A stretch of DNA of 64,000 nucleotides from Leptogorgia sarmentosa (Eukaryota), in contig OZ210885.1 of NCBI GenBank assembly GCA_964658305.1, positions 14,446,001 through 14,510,000 on the forward strand. Direction: 5' to 3'. Under the pieces are notes generated by a model. That model had not been told where the DNA came from. It saw only the letters and a program-made list of their open reading frames with translations, and made no database searches. The translations under genes were made by a program, and so were the position numbers. This document shows, in pieces, positions 1 through 12,597 of this stretch (the stretch's first letter is position 1; the number at the start of each line of letters is the position of its first letter).

Positions 1-790
1 TTACATGCTTACTCGGATCAAACTTTTGATCGAAACTTACAAATTTAGATTTATCATTAATTATATGACTCGTTGCCCCTGTATCTACTAATAGATTCAG
101 GGTCTTACCTCCATTGGGAATACTTTCTTTAAGTGTAAATGCAAATGAATGTATCTTCTTAGCTTCTTCTTCGTTTTCGCCGGTTTCAGCGGCCATCTTA
201 ACACCATCCTTTCTTCCTCTGCAGTCCTTGGTATTATGTGTCTTCCTCTTGCACTTGTTGCAGCACCACTTTGCGGTCTTCGTCCAACAATCCGAACTTT
301 TATGTCCTTTCTTGTCGCACTTAAAACACTTTCCGTCGAATTTCTTGTTCACGAACATCACATTGTCACCATCCTCTGCCTGTCTGCCGCTTTTCTCATT
401 TTCTTCGTGGTTGAGCAACAGGATTTTGAATTCGCCAAAACTCATTTGTTTTTCCCGTTGAATCACAACGGTTTATACGTCTTATATAACGGTTTAAAAC
501 GTTTTATACGTCTTTGGTAGCCCCTTCTATACCATGGCAATTAGAAGTCTGTCGCTGGTCACCTCATCGGCAGCCTTCAGTGCCGTGGCCGCAGTTTCCA
601 CCTGTATGATGTAGTCCGTTATCGTCTCATTTTCTGCTTTCTTTAACGATGTTAGCTCTGTATACAACGATATTATTCTGGGCTTTCCTTTGCCTTGATA
701 ATGTTCTCTAAGAACCGTCAGAGCTTTCCTGCCATCGTCTTTTGCCTCTCGTATGACTAGGGCCAAGCTCCTGTCATCCAAGCTCCTATC
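1..790 (-). pseudogene. Copia-type LTR retrotransposon gag-protease fragment, runs off the window edge
   Basis: Minus-strand translation gives gag (DDGRKALTVLREHY), zinc knuckles CFKCDKKGHKSSDC and CNKCKRKTHNTKDC, and the aspartic protease motif LLVDTGATSHII. Frame broken near 470-530. Confidence 0.85.
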
Positions 791-1514
791 ATTCATATAC
801 AACTTTGGAGTTTTACACAGTAATAATTTAATCATAAAAATCATTCATATATATACAAGATTAATCTATGATAAGTATTTTAACATAACATTCTTTTACC
901 ATAAATGGTTTACAAATTTGGTCCATGCAACACATATTTTACCTACATAAACCAATTATCTATATATTCCATTGTCATTTTGATAATTGATTTCATTACT
1001 AATGTTAATGATATATTGACACAATGTCAGGAGCATATTCTAACACCCCCCAAATAAGTTGGTCCCGTACGCCTATGAACAAATTGTCACTGAAGAACAG
1101 TACAATGAAAACCTTATGCAATGATGCTTTAATGCTGAGATTGAGGTTGCTTCTTGGTAAGTGTATTTTAACCCTGGAGCACCTGAGTTTAGAAATACTT
1201 TCATAAAAATTATGAAACTTGGTATAATAGAAGATAATAGACCAACAAATGGGTGTGTGAGGTTTTTTTCAGTCTCCAACTGGCGAGCGTCATTTTCAGG
1301 CTGGTATCAGATATGATACCACAGGTTTTAGAGGGTAGATTTTCAGACATATCAAGTGAAAATGCTCAAACGAATACTCTTGTCATTTTTTCAATCAATG
1401 TCATACAAAACTTCAGTGTTGATACTAACAATCTACAATAGAAATATATATATATATATATACAAAATGTGCAAAACCTAGGTTTTGCCCTAATTATTTA
1501 CAGTACTGTAATGT

Positions 1515-1745
1515 TCATTTGTGAAATGCGGCAAAGCAGTTTCTTTCTTTGTTCAGACAAAGGTGTGCATTGAACTTCCCACACTTGATGTAGGAAAAGG
1601 CTGAACATGACTGAACATTTACTTCATCTTTCTGGATGTCGCGAGGAACAGCAACATACCTTCTTTTTGGTGGTTGTACTTCCTTGGTTGCCAGGTCTTC
1701 TAAAGATGGTCGACCACTTCTTTGTTTTCCTTTGCCCTTACCTGC
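1515..1745 (-). pseudogene. piggyBac-like transposase C-terminal Cys-rich fragment
   Basis: Minus strand reads KRSGRPS...PPKRR...VPRDI, then YIKCGKFNAHLCLNKERNCFAAFHK-stop, resembling the piggyBac C-terminal domain. Confidence 0.55.
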
Positions 1746-4700
1746 TGTTGTTTGTAGATGTGAGGTGCTGTAAAGGTGCTTTAGGGAATACTTTCGGACG
1801 TCGCTGTTTCAGACAGACACACTCGTTCATGATAAAATATTGTATATCCCGGCGGTCACAGCATCGATTCAAACAGTTTCTCCCGATGCTTGTGCTTCCA
1901 CTCCTTGAACAATAGCTTCGATGGTCTCCTGGTTTGTCTCCACGGTACATTAGCTGATATATTCCACAATGTTCACGGGCATTTGCGACAACATATCAGC
2001 GACCTGATTTTTGTGGCCGGCATGGCACTTTATGGTGAAATTAAAGTCGGCGAGTTCCGCTACCCAACGGTGTCCCGATGCGTTCTATTATCTGTGTATA
2101 CAACGAATGATGGCGCATAATAAAGGTAATCGCGAAAGTGTTCACTGATAGCCCACTTCAGGGCCAGGAACTCAAGTTTCCCGGACTGCAAATGATAGTT
2201 CTTTTCAGCCATCGTCAGTGTCTGTGAACCATACCCAACAACTCACATTTGGCCGTCTTGGCAATGATAGAGAGCTGCTCCAAGACTTATCAGAAGCATC
2301 AGTATATAGTGCGTAAGGTGGGTTTACGTCGGGATATGCCAAAATAGGTGGACTGGACAGGAGGTCAATAAGACTGTTCAGCGTGTCCTGGTGTGCCTGT
2401 AACCACGTAACAGGTTTAGATGACCGAACACAGTTTCCTTTTCCAGTGTCTTTCAGTAGATCGAATAACGGTTTGGCTAATCTTGCAAAATCTGGGACAT
2501 AGCGGCGGTAATAACCGAGAAGTCCCAATAACTTTCTAACTTCCCGACTGACTTTGGTGGCGTGTCTTTAAGTGACTTTAAAGCATTAACGTTTTTGGGA
2601 TCGATCCAGTAGCCTTCCTCCGAAACGATTCTTCCAAGGTAACAAACCTCCTTCCGAAAGAAGTTGCATTTCTTTGTCTTCAGTCTGACACCATGGGCAT
2701 GTAAGCATTGCAGTACAGTCCTGACGTGATCTATGTGTTCTTCGAACCTCTTACTAAACACAATGATATCATCTATGTAGGGTACGCAGATTTCGTCCCG
2801 CAGACCTTCTAAACATCCTTCCATACAACGCTGGAAAGACGCTGGGGCGTTGGAGAGGCCAAACGGTATACGCACCCACTCGTATAACCCCCAAGGGGTC
2901 ACAAAGGTGGTCATCGGTCTACTGTCTGCATGCATATAACCTTGATGATATGCCTTTCCCTGGTCCACCAAAGAGAACCACCTGTTCCCGCCCAAACCAT
3001 CAAGTGTATCCTGTATTCTTGGTAACGGATGTCTATCTGGAACAGTCCGTTTGTTCAATTCGCGATAATCGACACAAACGCAATTCACCGTTGTTTTTGC
3101 GAACACATACCACTGGGGATGAGTATGGGGACTTTGACTTTGTTATCCAACCACGATTTAACAGATCTTCGATATGTTGTTTGACTTCGGGGTATAAAGG
3201 TCGTGGAATGGAGTTGTAGGTTTTCTGGACTGGTGTTTGGTCTTTCACGTTGAGTTTCAACTCGAGTTCCTCTATGCAACCAATATCATCATCAGATTTT
3301 GAAAATGCTCCCTTTTCTTCCTCCAGCATTTGTCTAACCCTGACTTGTTGTAGCGTTGTAAGGCCACTTAGGTCTAAGTCATCGATGGGGTTGTAGTCAC
3401 AGTCTTCGTTTCCCATGGTATTTCATGTTTGCATCCCTTCTTTCTAGTTTCAGAATAAACTGAGTTCACTGCTTCCCTCTCGGGTAAGTCAACATTTATT
3501 AGAGAAACTTCCTCTGGTGTTACTGATTTCACTAACTGCATTGCTCCCAAGGTCGTTCGCTTATTAAGTGTAATGTCATGATTACTAGTGTTCGAGACAT
3601 TAATTTGGACTCAACAAGATGACCCATGGGGGATGGTTAGCAATTCTTTGGATATTTCTAAACCACTTGGCCATGACTGTTCACTATTTGGTTCAAAGAG
3701 CACTGGTGTTCTCTTTTCCACTGGTCCTGTATTTGCACGGCACATCACACTAACAGTTGTCTTTCGAGGGATTATTATGTCCTGTTTAATGGTCTTTACA
3801 AAACACAGTTGTTCTGGGGATGGGGCTTGGATAAAGCTGACAAGGGATTGTATCTTTTCACATTGGATATCAGGAAATGATGCTGCCCATTCCCTACCTA
3901 ATTCCTCTGGCACGTATTCTTTCTTTACTAATTCTTCTATCACATTATACCCAATGATTGGATAGTCAAGTGTTTCGTCAATCGTCAGTTACTAACATCG
4001 GTACAAGTATTGTCTGGTCAACACTTGATGTCTCTAATTTAAAATTAACTACAACAAATCCTTCATACGGCATGGTTGACCCATTTGCAGTTTTCAAGTC
4101 AAGTTCAGTTCCATCCTCAAGCAAGGATTCAATAATCTTAAGGGGTAAATCAGGCGAGCGTTCATCCAACCATTTCTTTGAGATCAGCGACACTTGTGCA
4201 CCAGTGTCCCATGACGAATGTACTTTTTGTCCATTTAACTGACAATGAACCATACATCTTTTACCCACTAAACCCACCACTTTTGAATACTCAATTGGGG
4301 TTAAATGGCTAACATATGTTCCATGATCTGGATTTCTCTGAGCATTGTTATCTACTTTAAATTCTCTAACTGACATGCATAGTACTTTATGTTCTCCCCA
4401 GTGCTGCTTCTAGCACTCTCTTGAACAATATCTTACTAGGTGACAGCCAGAACATCTTTGAAATGGTTTTTCACGATGTTCAATCTTTAGACATTCAGCA
4501 CAAAAATGGGACTTACTCGATTCACTGGCTACTTCCTGTCCCTCGACGGCAGCCATCTCCCGTTTCCTGAGTTCTGTCTCTTCTTACATCCCCTGGCAAA
4601 GTGGTCAGAGCTGTCACATCGGAAGCAGTGGTCACAGTTCGCATCATTGGTTATCTGGCACTTTGCACATGTTTTCCTACAACCAGCTTGGTCATCTTTG

Positions 4701-5417
4701 TGGCTAGTTTCTTGTTCTTTACCTTTCACTTGTTGATTTGTAAGGGTTTCCCTGAGCTCAGCAAGTTCTGCTTGTACTGTCTTTATGGCTGTTACTAGCT
4801 CACCTTGCTTGGGCACTTTCTTCTCTTTTACTGGTTGGTCCTGTTTCGACTGGTTGCTCCCCATCAACTGTAGTAAACTTCACTCCTTGGACATTGTTGA
4901 TATTTCTTTGTCGTGTCTGACTTGCTTTACCAAATTTCTTTTGTCGCTCTGTTTCAGTCGATACAATCAAGTTCATTTGTTCAATTAACAGTACCTTATT
5001 CTCACCGGTCTCACCCGCTCCTTGTGTTGAGATTGGGCACCGACAGTCTGACTCGTTGATGTCCTAGTTAAATAAATAGGGAGGGGGGAGAGGGAAAACA
5101 ACGAGACGAGACTGAAATGGAAGGAGTGAGTGAGATATAATAAATGTGATGTTCTTTCTTTACACGCAAATACGAACGTTACTTCAACAGACTGAGCTTA
5201 CTGACTGTTCGAATCTCCTTATATAGGCGCGGGAGTGACCGCTGAGAATAGTACCTTATTCTCACCGGTCTCATTCGCTCCTTGTGTTGAGATTGGGCAC
5301 CGACAGTCTCTTAATTGTTATGTCACAGGATCTTATAGCCCAGCCGCCTGTAGTGGCTACATACACCCATCAGTGAACACCCATACTCAAAACCTAAACC
5401 CCAGACCGTGCCCAATC

Positions 5418-6747
5418 TCAACCCGGAAAGGCTGAGAGGAAGTGTTTTAGGCAATTCAGGTCGGAGTATAACTCTGTGGCGGCAGATGTGGCACATGTCT
5501 CTGAGGACAAGAGGTCAGACGGGCTGCCTTGTCGTAGTACTTCAGCCAATCGCATGTAATACAAGGCAGTTCCTTTGTTGGTCCAACCAACATGAGACAT
5601 GATATCCGCCAACTGGGATCCGGATAGCGCCAATGTGATAGCTGAACCACAACGAAAACTGTGGAGGGTTTCCCCTTCGTTGATGTGTGTTTGCTTTAGG
5701 TAAAGCTTTAATCGAGCATCGGCGGCTGAGCTGGTGAAAGGCTTATTTACAACATGTCCTTGGGAGTTTGTCGGGCGAAAGAGGTATCCTGTAGTGAGGG
5801 TGACTCGTAGCTCGGAGCAAATCGCGACATATGTTTCAATAGCTTTGACCGGACATAGCTCGGGGTTTGAATGCCTCCTTATGCCAAAAACATTCGAAGC
5901 GCCGTCTCGCAATGTTTTTCCCCATGTATGGTTGAACAGAAAACCATTATCGTGGGGAAAACGTAAAATTTCGTCGGTTTTGATTAAGCCGAGGTCCGCA
6001 CCACGATCAGCACTGAAGAATAAGGTTTTGAAAAATGCTTGATCTCTAGCAAGTAAGAGAAGACTAGACGGTGTAAGGGTCTGTTTTGAAATTTCTCTAT
6101 TCAAAAAGCAGGCGAGGAGTAAGAGTTTGGGTAAAAACAGAGGAACTGCTTGTCGTGGGGTGATGTGTGCTCGTAACTGTTCCCTCGGTTGTTGCTTTCA
6201 AATACTTATTGACCTCTAAAGAGTCCGCGGGGTTTCCCAAGCCCAGGATAGTATTCCAAGGACCAGTACGGCCGATCTCTTTGAAAATGGAACGGAGCTT
6301 ACCGATATATGAATCGATAGTTTTGAAAGCCAAACGCGTAGGGCAATTGCAAGTGGATTTACGTCGAACGGTGGCTTGCGGGCAGACACTTGTATGCAAT
6401 ATCGTCTTCCCGTGACGATCTTTCCACACCAGAAATCGTATAACATCCAGTGGAGTTGCCAATTGGATAGAAGTAGTGGTAGGAAGGGAGGATAAAAAGG
6501 ACTCGAACTCGGTGCGCAACGAGGATTTCTGTTTCGAATAGGAGGAAGCCTGGGCGTAGGCATTTAATTGTTGTAAACGCGAGTCTATGTCGTCGAGATC
6601 AATTTCAAGCTTAGGGAGAGGTTGGCTGGGCGTACAACATCTCTGGTAACCACACATTTGGCAGAAGCGGAATGAATGGTCATTAGCGTAAGTACAGGAA
6701 GGGCATGACACAGCCGATATGAAGAGTCTTGGAGTTACGGGGAGAGC
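5418..6747 (-). pseudogene. Tyrosine recombinase with N-terminal zinc ribbon and ALOG-like domain, one frameshift near 6183
   Basis: CPSC...CQMC ribbon; ALOG-like FLVWKDRHGKTILH...CNCPTRLAFKTIDSYIGKLR; catalytic-like ADRGADL, HSFR, HVGW, YY. Confidence 0.85.
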
Positions 6748-6895
6748 CTGGAACAAAGTGTCGTACAGGAATTAAATTGTGAACAAATTCGTTCTGAGAA
6801 CTTTCGCTGCGGTACATGTGAAGATGTGGACAGAAAATGTGATGAATGTGTCTATGGAGAATTCGGGCACCATTAGGTAAGTATTTTACACGTGT

Positions 6896-9154
6896 TTAAT
6901 TAGTAATGCGAAAGGCCCATAGGTCCCATGGAATTGGCCAACTGTCGCTGAACCCAGATTTTGTAGGGGTGAGAATGCTTCCGGTGCTACCCTTGGTGGC
7001 TAACAGATAACATGATGTGGAATCAGTAGATAAAAGTGGCCACCAAAATTGTCGCGGGGAGACGTCCGGAACGACAATGGTATATGTGAGATGTAGACCA
7101 TTAAGGTACTTGAGGACATGGGGGATGAGACAAATGGGTGGGAACACATATGGATTAGAAAAAAGTCCAGGACGGGTTAAACTTGGCACTTGAGCAAAAA
7201 TATTCACACCGGCAGATTCCGGAAGAGGACACTCTGAGAAGAATGGTAGGCGGTGGCCTGTATGGTTGGTTTGCGCATTCGACTGTCGAGCCATAAGGTC
7301 AACGGAATGACCTGTTGGACCGCCGTATAAATGTTGCACGAGATTCCATAGTTCTGGAGCAAGCTTTGAATCTTGTGGGCTAAGTCGCCAAGAAGGGGTA
7401 TCAGCGAGATTATCGCTGCTCGCAACGTAAAAGAGATGCAAGTCGATATTCAGCTCCATGATGGTCTCAAACAGCGTCTTTAGGGCAATAGTCAATGTGT
7501 GAGAGTGAGATCCCTGGCTGTTCCATGAGCGAATCAGAGCTTGACTATCAACGAACGCATCTACCCAGGAGTTTCTGACGCGATCTGCGAAAGCCTGGAG
7601 GACATTACTGAGTGCCAATGTTTCCTTAGAAGCGATGTCATTAACTATAAAGGTCGCATCCCAGTAATCGGAGATGGTGGCAGTGACAGCACCCGGACTC
7701 AAAAGTGTACCGCCCCAGGCGAAGGATGAGGAATCTGAGTAAAGTTGGATCTGGGTATGCTTCTCAGATCGCCATGGAAGGAAACCGTCCCAAGTCTCCA
7801 AGAATAGCCAATGCTGTAATTCTTCCCGTAAGGGTTGTGAGATGACGATCGGTCGAGATGAGCGAGTGGCACGAGATATTGCCTGGTTGATTTCATTAGT
7901 AAATCAGCGTGCGCCTGGGACAGCAAGAGCCAGGGAGATACACTTTCCACTTAGACGTTGCAAGGTGGTTAAATCGATTGTCTTTAAAGACAGTGCATGC
8001 TTGACCAGTGTTATGAATTTTTCTTTTTTATGAGGTAATAGGGTAAAGGCTTGTTTTGTAGAATCGGAGATGAAGCCAAGGTACGGGACTTGTTTTGACG
8101 GGATCAAGATGGACTTGTCCAAGCCGATAAAGTAACCAAGAGAAACTAAGGTATAGCATGTAAGGAAACTGGCTGCGTTAGCCAGAGCGAAATTAATAGT
8201 GTCTGGCGACGTGAGGTTCTGGTAAACCGGGGTTAGCAGTTTTGGTGGAAGGGCCAGCTGCGAATTATGTCTATCGTCAATATATAGAGACGACAGAATT
8301 CTCAATGAACGTAAATAATGTGCTGCTACAAGCCCTGTGGTATGGTAGATATAAGCGGAGGTTTTCCAACCAAAGGGAATTGAGCAACTTACAAAAAACC
8401 AACCACCCCATTGAAAACCAAAATATGTGCGACTATCGGGCGTGAGGAGAATATGGTCATAGCCAGATTTATCATCACAGACAGTTTGGTAAAAATCTTG
8501 TCCGACGTATGTTGGGAGTTGCTGAATGCTATCTAGGGTAAAAGGACGGTCTTGGATCCATAAATTTAGGTAACGATTGTCATTACACAGGCGAGGTTTT
8601 GAAGGTTCAACGGTGAGTGGCATTACAATGTGTGGAGGAGAACACTCACCCACCTTACCCCATAGGGAAATGGCGCCTGATGCAAGCCTATTAATGATGG
8701 TGTCAGAAATAAACTGGGCAAAAGGCTTACATGAGGAACTATTTGAGAATATCTTGGCTGGGGGAGTATCGGAATCGTAGTTGGTGCCTTTATAACTCCC
8801 TGTGAAAGGGGTGAAAAATTGGGTAACATCCACATAATTGTGAATCCAATCAAGTACCTGTGGAAAATGGTGGTTGCCAAATTCTTGATGGAGTGCAGCC
8901 CATTGATGACTGTACTGGTGAAGGTTTCCAGCTTTGAAACTACGAGGATCACGAAAGGCCAACATAGACACATCAGCTAATGTTTCGCCGTGAATGACGG
9001 AAGTGAGAAATTGTTGTGTAATATGGAAATTATTTGCCATCCCCTGGGCCGATGAGCCATCATGCCGAATCCAATTAGTCGTGGTGTGTTGAGAAACCGA
9101 GGTGGGGTCAAAATTCAAGGTAAACTCCACCTGGTGAAGGACGGATTCGGATGA
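6896..9154 (-). pseudogene. pol of the YR element: RT, RNase H and adenine-methyltransferase-like domain, one in-frame stop
   Basis: RT motifs DDKSGY, IPFGW, YIDD; RNase H LYSDSS; MT-like VDLMA...NPYVFPP. ORFs 7904-9367 and 6896-7801 share a frame, separated by TGA at 7906-7904. Confidence 0.88.
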
Positions 9155-9441
9155 CTGAAGAGAAGAAAGTTGAGAGATAAGAATAACATGGGCCCAGGGG
9201 ATGGCAAACTCAGCCCCGGTAATCCGAGAGAGAAATTTAGATCCCCTTTGAGGATGCCATCCACGAGGGAGGGTGGAGAGAAGGAAATAAAATGGATGTA
9301 GGATAACAAGTGGAAGTAAGATGGAAAAGTGGGAAAGAAAGGGTGAGAAGAACGGAGAGCAAATCACAAAAAATTGATGGATAAATATTATTTATTGAAA
9401 CATGATTTTAAGTAAGTAAGATTACATCATATGCCCGGTCG

Positions 9442-11437
9442 TCAGTGCTTTTGGGAGTGAGGTTGAGGGTGGTCTGGACGGGTAGGTGGGGTGTTGGAGC
9501 GTTTCCAACATTGTGGGGCTTTATGGCCGGGCGTGCCACACTTGTAACACACAATACGTGGTGTAGGATTGGACCATCTTCCTCTACGTGGTTGGGAATT
9601 ACGTTGATATGGAAATGTGCGTTTAAAAGATTTATCAATCTTTGAGACGGTATCAAAAATGCGGGAGAACTCCTTGTCCGCAAGGAGGGCTAAGAAATAT
9701 GCTTTAAAATGTTCCGTAGAGACAGAAACTTTTTCCCGTAGAGTGGATGCGATGATCTCGTAGGTAGGGGCCTTGTTGTGTCCCGAGGTTTTTGCCACTG
9801 AAACTAGATCTTCAGCGAGGCGGAGCGCTTCATATTTGTCAAAGTCCTCTACATGCCGGCTGCCATAATTTGTTATTCTGCGTATGAGTGCATCTACAGT
9901 GGTGCCTTGTGTTTCTTCCAGAATTTTCAGACGATGTTGTAGAGACTACAGTTTAGTAAAGCATGTATGTAACCGAGAGATGTACCAAACTATTGTACAT
10001 AAAATAAAACCGAATAGAGCGATAATGGCATTGTATTGGGATCACTGATATTGTGATATCAAATATAATGGTTTGATTTTCAAATTCGTAGGCGTTGCGA
10101 ATACAATGCAAACATATAATAGGAGACAATTCAAATTGAAATTCGCGTAGTGCGTTAATAGAACAAAAGAGGTAAGAGAATAATAGAAACGTTTGATCGA
10201 GTGAACAATGTTAATAGCTAAAATTAGAATGATAAAAGGTAGCATGTGATTTAACCACGATAAGTATTAAGATTAGCTGTAATGTAATCTGTGGAGTTTT
10301 TTAATTCTCCCGCCATTCTGGTATTCATATAGCAGCTGGGCGATAAGTATAATCGTAATGTACGTATGGTAAGCCCATAAAGGTTAAACGACAAATGTGT
10401 AGCAGGGCTGGAGAGAACTCAAGTTATGTATAATTGTATTGTTCAGATAAAAGCGGCCGTAAAGAAGACGTTTTTTTAACAGGGTTGAGGCAACAAATGT
10501 AGAGATTAACAACAACTTGGCGTAAACGAGCCCGCAAAGCTTCTAAAGAGCACATTTTTAGCAGGACTGAAGAACATTCAAGTTTTCGATATTATTCACA
10601 TAATAGCCCGCAAAAGAACACGTTTGTAGCAGGGCTGAAGTAAGAGAAATACATAGAGCAAGCCCGCAAAGCTTTAAGCACGTTTGTAGCAGGGCTGAAG
10701 AGAACTCAAGGTGGTATTATTCACATAATAGCCCGCAAAATCAACACTGAAGCAGGGCTGTTGATGAGAAATGTACATATGATCTTGTGGATGCACATAA
10801 AAACAAAACAAAATTAAGCCGGTAATGCTTTTAATAGCACGTTATTTTCCACAGGACAATAAATAGTTTGTATCGTCGGATAACAATGTACATTTCCCGC
10901 AAAGCTGCCAAGTTATACGTCCGCAGCCGGGCGGGATATGATTAGATATACGTTGAAAGATGAACAGAAACTTGCGCTACAAGTTAAAGAGACGTGAACC
11001 GGCCACAATGAGCCCTGGCGAAACAGGAATGTTGATGTACGTTAGATTAAACAATGACTAACTGGTGTAGCTGATAAATTAAAAGCAGAAGGTACCCGTG
11101 GTGGTAGATTAATTTAAATCAAATAAGTACGTAGGTTGAGACGGAAGGTGACAAGTGTAGATTGACAAGTGATGAGACATCTAAGTGTAGTACAAAAATA
11201 AGGTGAAATATGGAGGGAGTTATTACAAACCTCTAAGGTGATTTCTCCGCTTGCCGATGGAACGGCCGTTGGCTGCTGAACTGTTGGTTCTTCGTTTGAT
11301 ACAACGTGTGGCTGTTGGGCTGTTGGTGTTGGCGGGGTTTCGCTTTGAGCAGCTTGGTTGGCTTCGACTGGGTTGGACAAGACAGCTTGAGCGGCTTGGA
11401 TATCTCCTGTGGGAATTTGTACTGGTTGTTCTGCCAT
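9442..11437 (-). CDS. Spliced gag-like ORF of the YR element: exons 11437-11231 and 9945-9442, 236 aa
   Basis: Donor GAG|gtttgt and acceptor tgtag|TCT, both phase 0. Exon 2 has no Met and ends in the knuckle CYKCGTPGHKAPQC. Confidence 0.75.
10305..10936. repeat. Degenerate array of stem-loop units in the YR-element intron
   Basis: AGCCC(GC)...GCAGGGCT-like units start at 10372, 10529, 10605, 10661 and 10730, with weaker copies near 10305, 10454, 10817 and 10895. Confidence 0.75.
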
Positions 11438-11464
11438 GCTGACGCTACGACGTTACTTCAACAG

Positions 11465-11499
11465 ACTGAGCTTACTGACTGTTCGAATCTCCTTATATA
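11465..11499 (-). promoter_or_regulatory. Putative core promoter in repeat A1 (TATA plus Inr)
   Basis: TATATAA at 11499-11493, TCAGT initiator-like motif about 30 nt downstream, then agcATGG at 11437. Confidence 0.55.
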
Positions 11500-12577
11500 G
11501 GCGCGGGAGTGACCGCTGAGAATAGTTCATCTGTTATATCTGACTGCTTGTAAGAACGGGCGTAGCTTGGTTTTTACTGCTTCGTGATGCAGTCCAGTTT
11601 CAAGCGAATGTAAAAACAATCCCTGGACAAGGCTTTCATCATACTTAATCTTTACCCCTGCTTTTTAGAGGCAAATAAGACCTTTTGACGTAGGTCTAGA
11701 GCTCTTATCAAAAAGCTCTGTGGGCTCTCTCCAGGTGCTTGTACAATCGTTGTTAATTCTTGATATAATTCAGTCGCACTTCTCTCCTGGAAGTGTGATC
11801 TCAAAATACTATGTAATCTTGGCAATGTCAAGTTGCTGATTGTCTCTAGATAACTTTGCAGTTGCATGCTAAGTAATTGCTCTTATTACAGCGTCAGTCA
11901 CTTCAGCCTGTGGGTTACCCTTCAATAAGGCGCTTTCAATCTGTCTGACCAAGCTTATAAAAGTGAGTTTATCTTTTTGACCGGGTTCTCCTATTTGCCC
12001 ATTAATTTTGAATTCCCTTCGCAATACTTGCTTAAGATCATTTGTAATTGGTTTACTTACAGTTGTTGTTGTCACCTGGCTTGCCTTTAGTTCAGTTTCG
12101 CCCATCTTTGTCTGGAGGGCTTTTACCTGCTTTTGGTAGTCTTTTTCCAAGTTGTCGAGCTGTGCTTGCTTTCAAAACTTTCAGTTCCTTGTTCACTATC
12201 TGCTTCTCAGGGGATTCTTTCCCCGGCACCTCAGGGGATTCATTCTCAGGCGCCTCCTCCTGAATTACCTCAAGCAACTGTTCTCTTATTTTCCCCAGGA
12301 ATGAGCGACATCTGTTCTCATCCTCAAACTGGCTACCAGCTCTTCGATATATCTTCGTAGTAATCGAGCAATACTAAGCTTTGACTTTCCCTGGTATTTT
12401 CCCTCTTACCATTTGAAAAATACGGCAAGTTTAACCAGTGTATAGTTCCACAGTTCCTTTTCTAATTCAAGCTGAAGTTCTTCGAGGTCAATAGCCATAT
12501 TTATGATCTTTGACAGCCACAAAATCCCAAATTCACATGGAATGTCTCATCAATATTTATACATCGTCAGCATATTT

Positions 12578-12595
12578 ATCCCACCGCTGCCACCA
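12578..12595 (-). promoter_or_regulatory. Primer-binding site, tRNA-Leu type
   Basis: TGGTGGCAGCGGTGGGAT on the minus strand, 2 nt from the LTR, complementary to a tRNA-Leu 3' end. Confidence 0.8.
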
Positions 12596-12597
12596 AA

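Larger units (their letters stand above)
4990..11526 (-). mobile_element. YR retrotransposon with split direct repeats (A1-ORFs-B1-A2-B2), PAT/Ngaro-like architecture, ALOG-containing
   Basis: Repeat A 11450-11526 equals 5176-5252 (77 bp). Repeat B 5250-5309 matches 4990-5049 (60 bp, 2 mismatches). AGT is shared at both junctions, and removing the element restores Gypsy gag (QSDITDELLIEQMNL). Confidence 0.93.

Noticed and set aside
1040..1077. MITE end CGTACGCCTATG like the 61698 family
   Set aside because: Only one terminus, no partner TIR or TSD.
10305..10936. CRISPR-like repeat-spacer array
   Set aside because: Repeats are degenerate, spacers are related to each other, no cas genes, eukaryotic context.
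12578..12595. tRNA gene
   Set aside because: Only an 18-nt match next to an LTR, so a primer-binding site.
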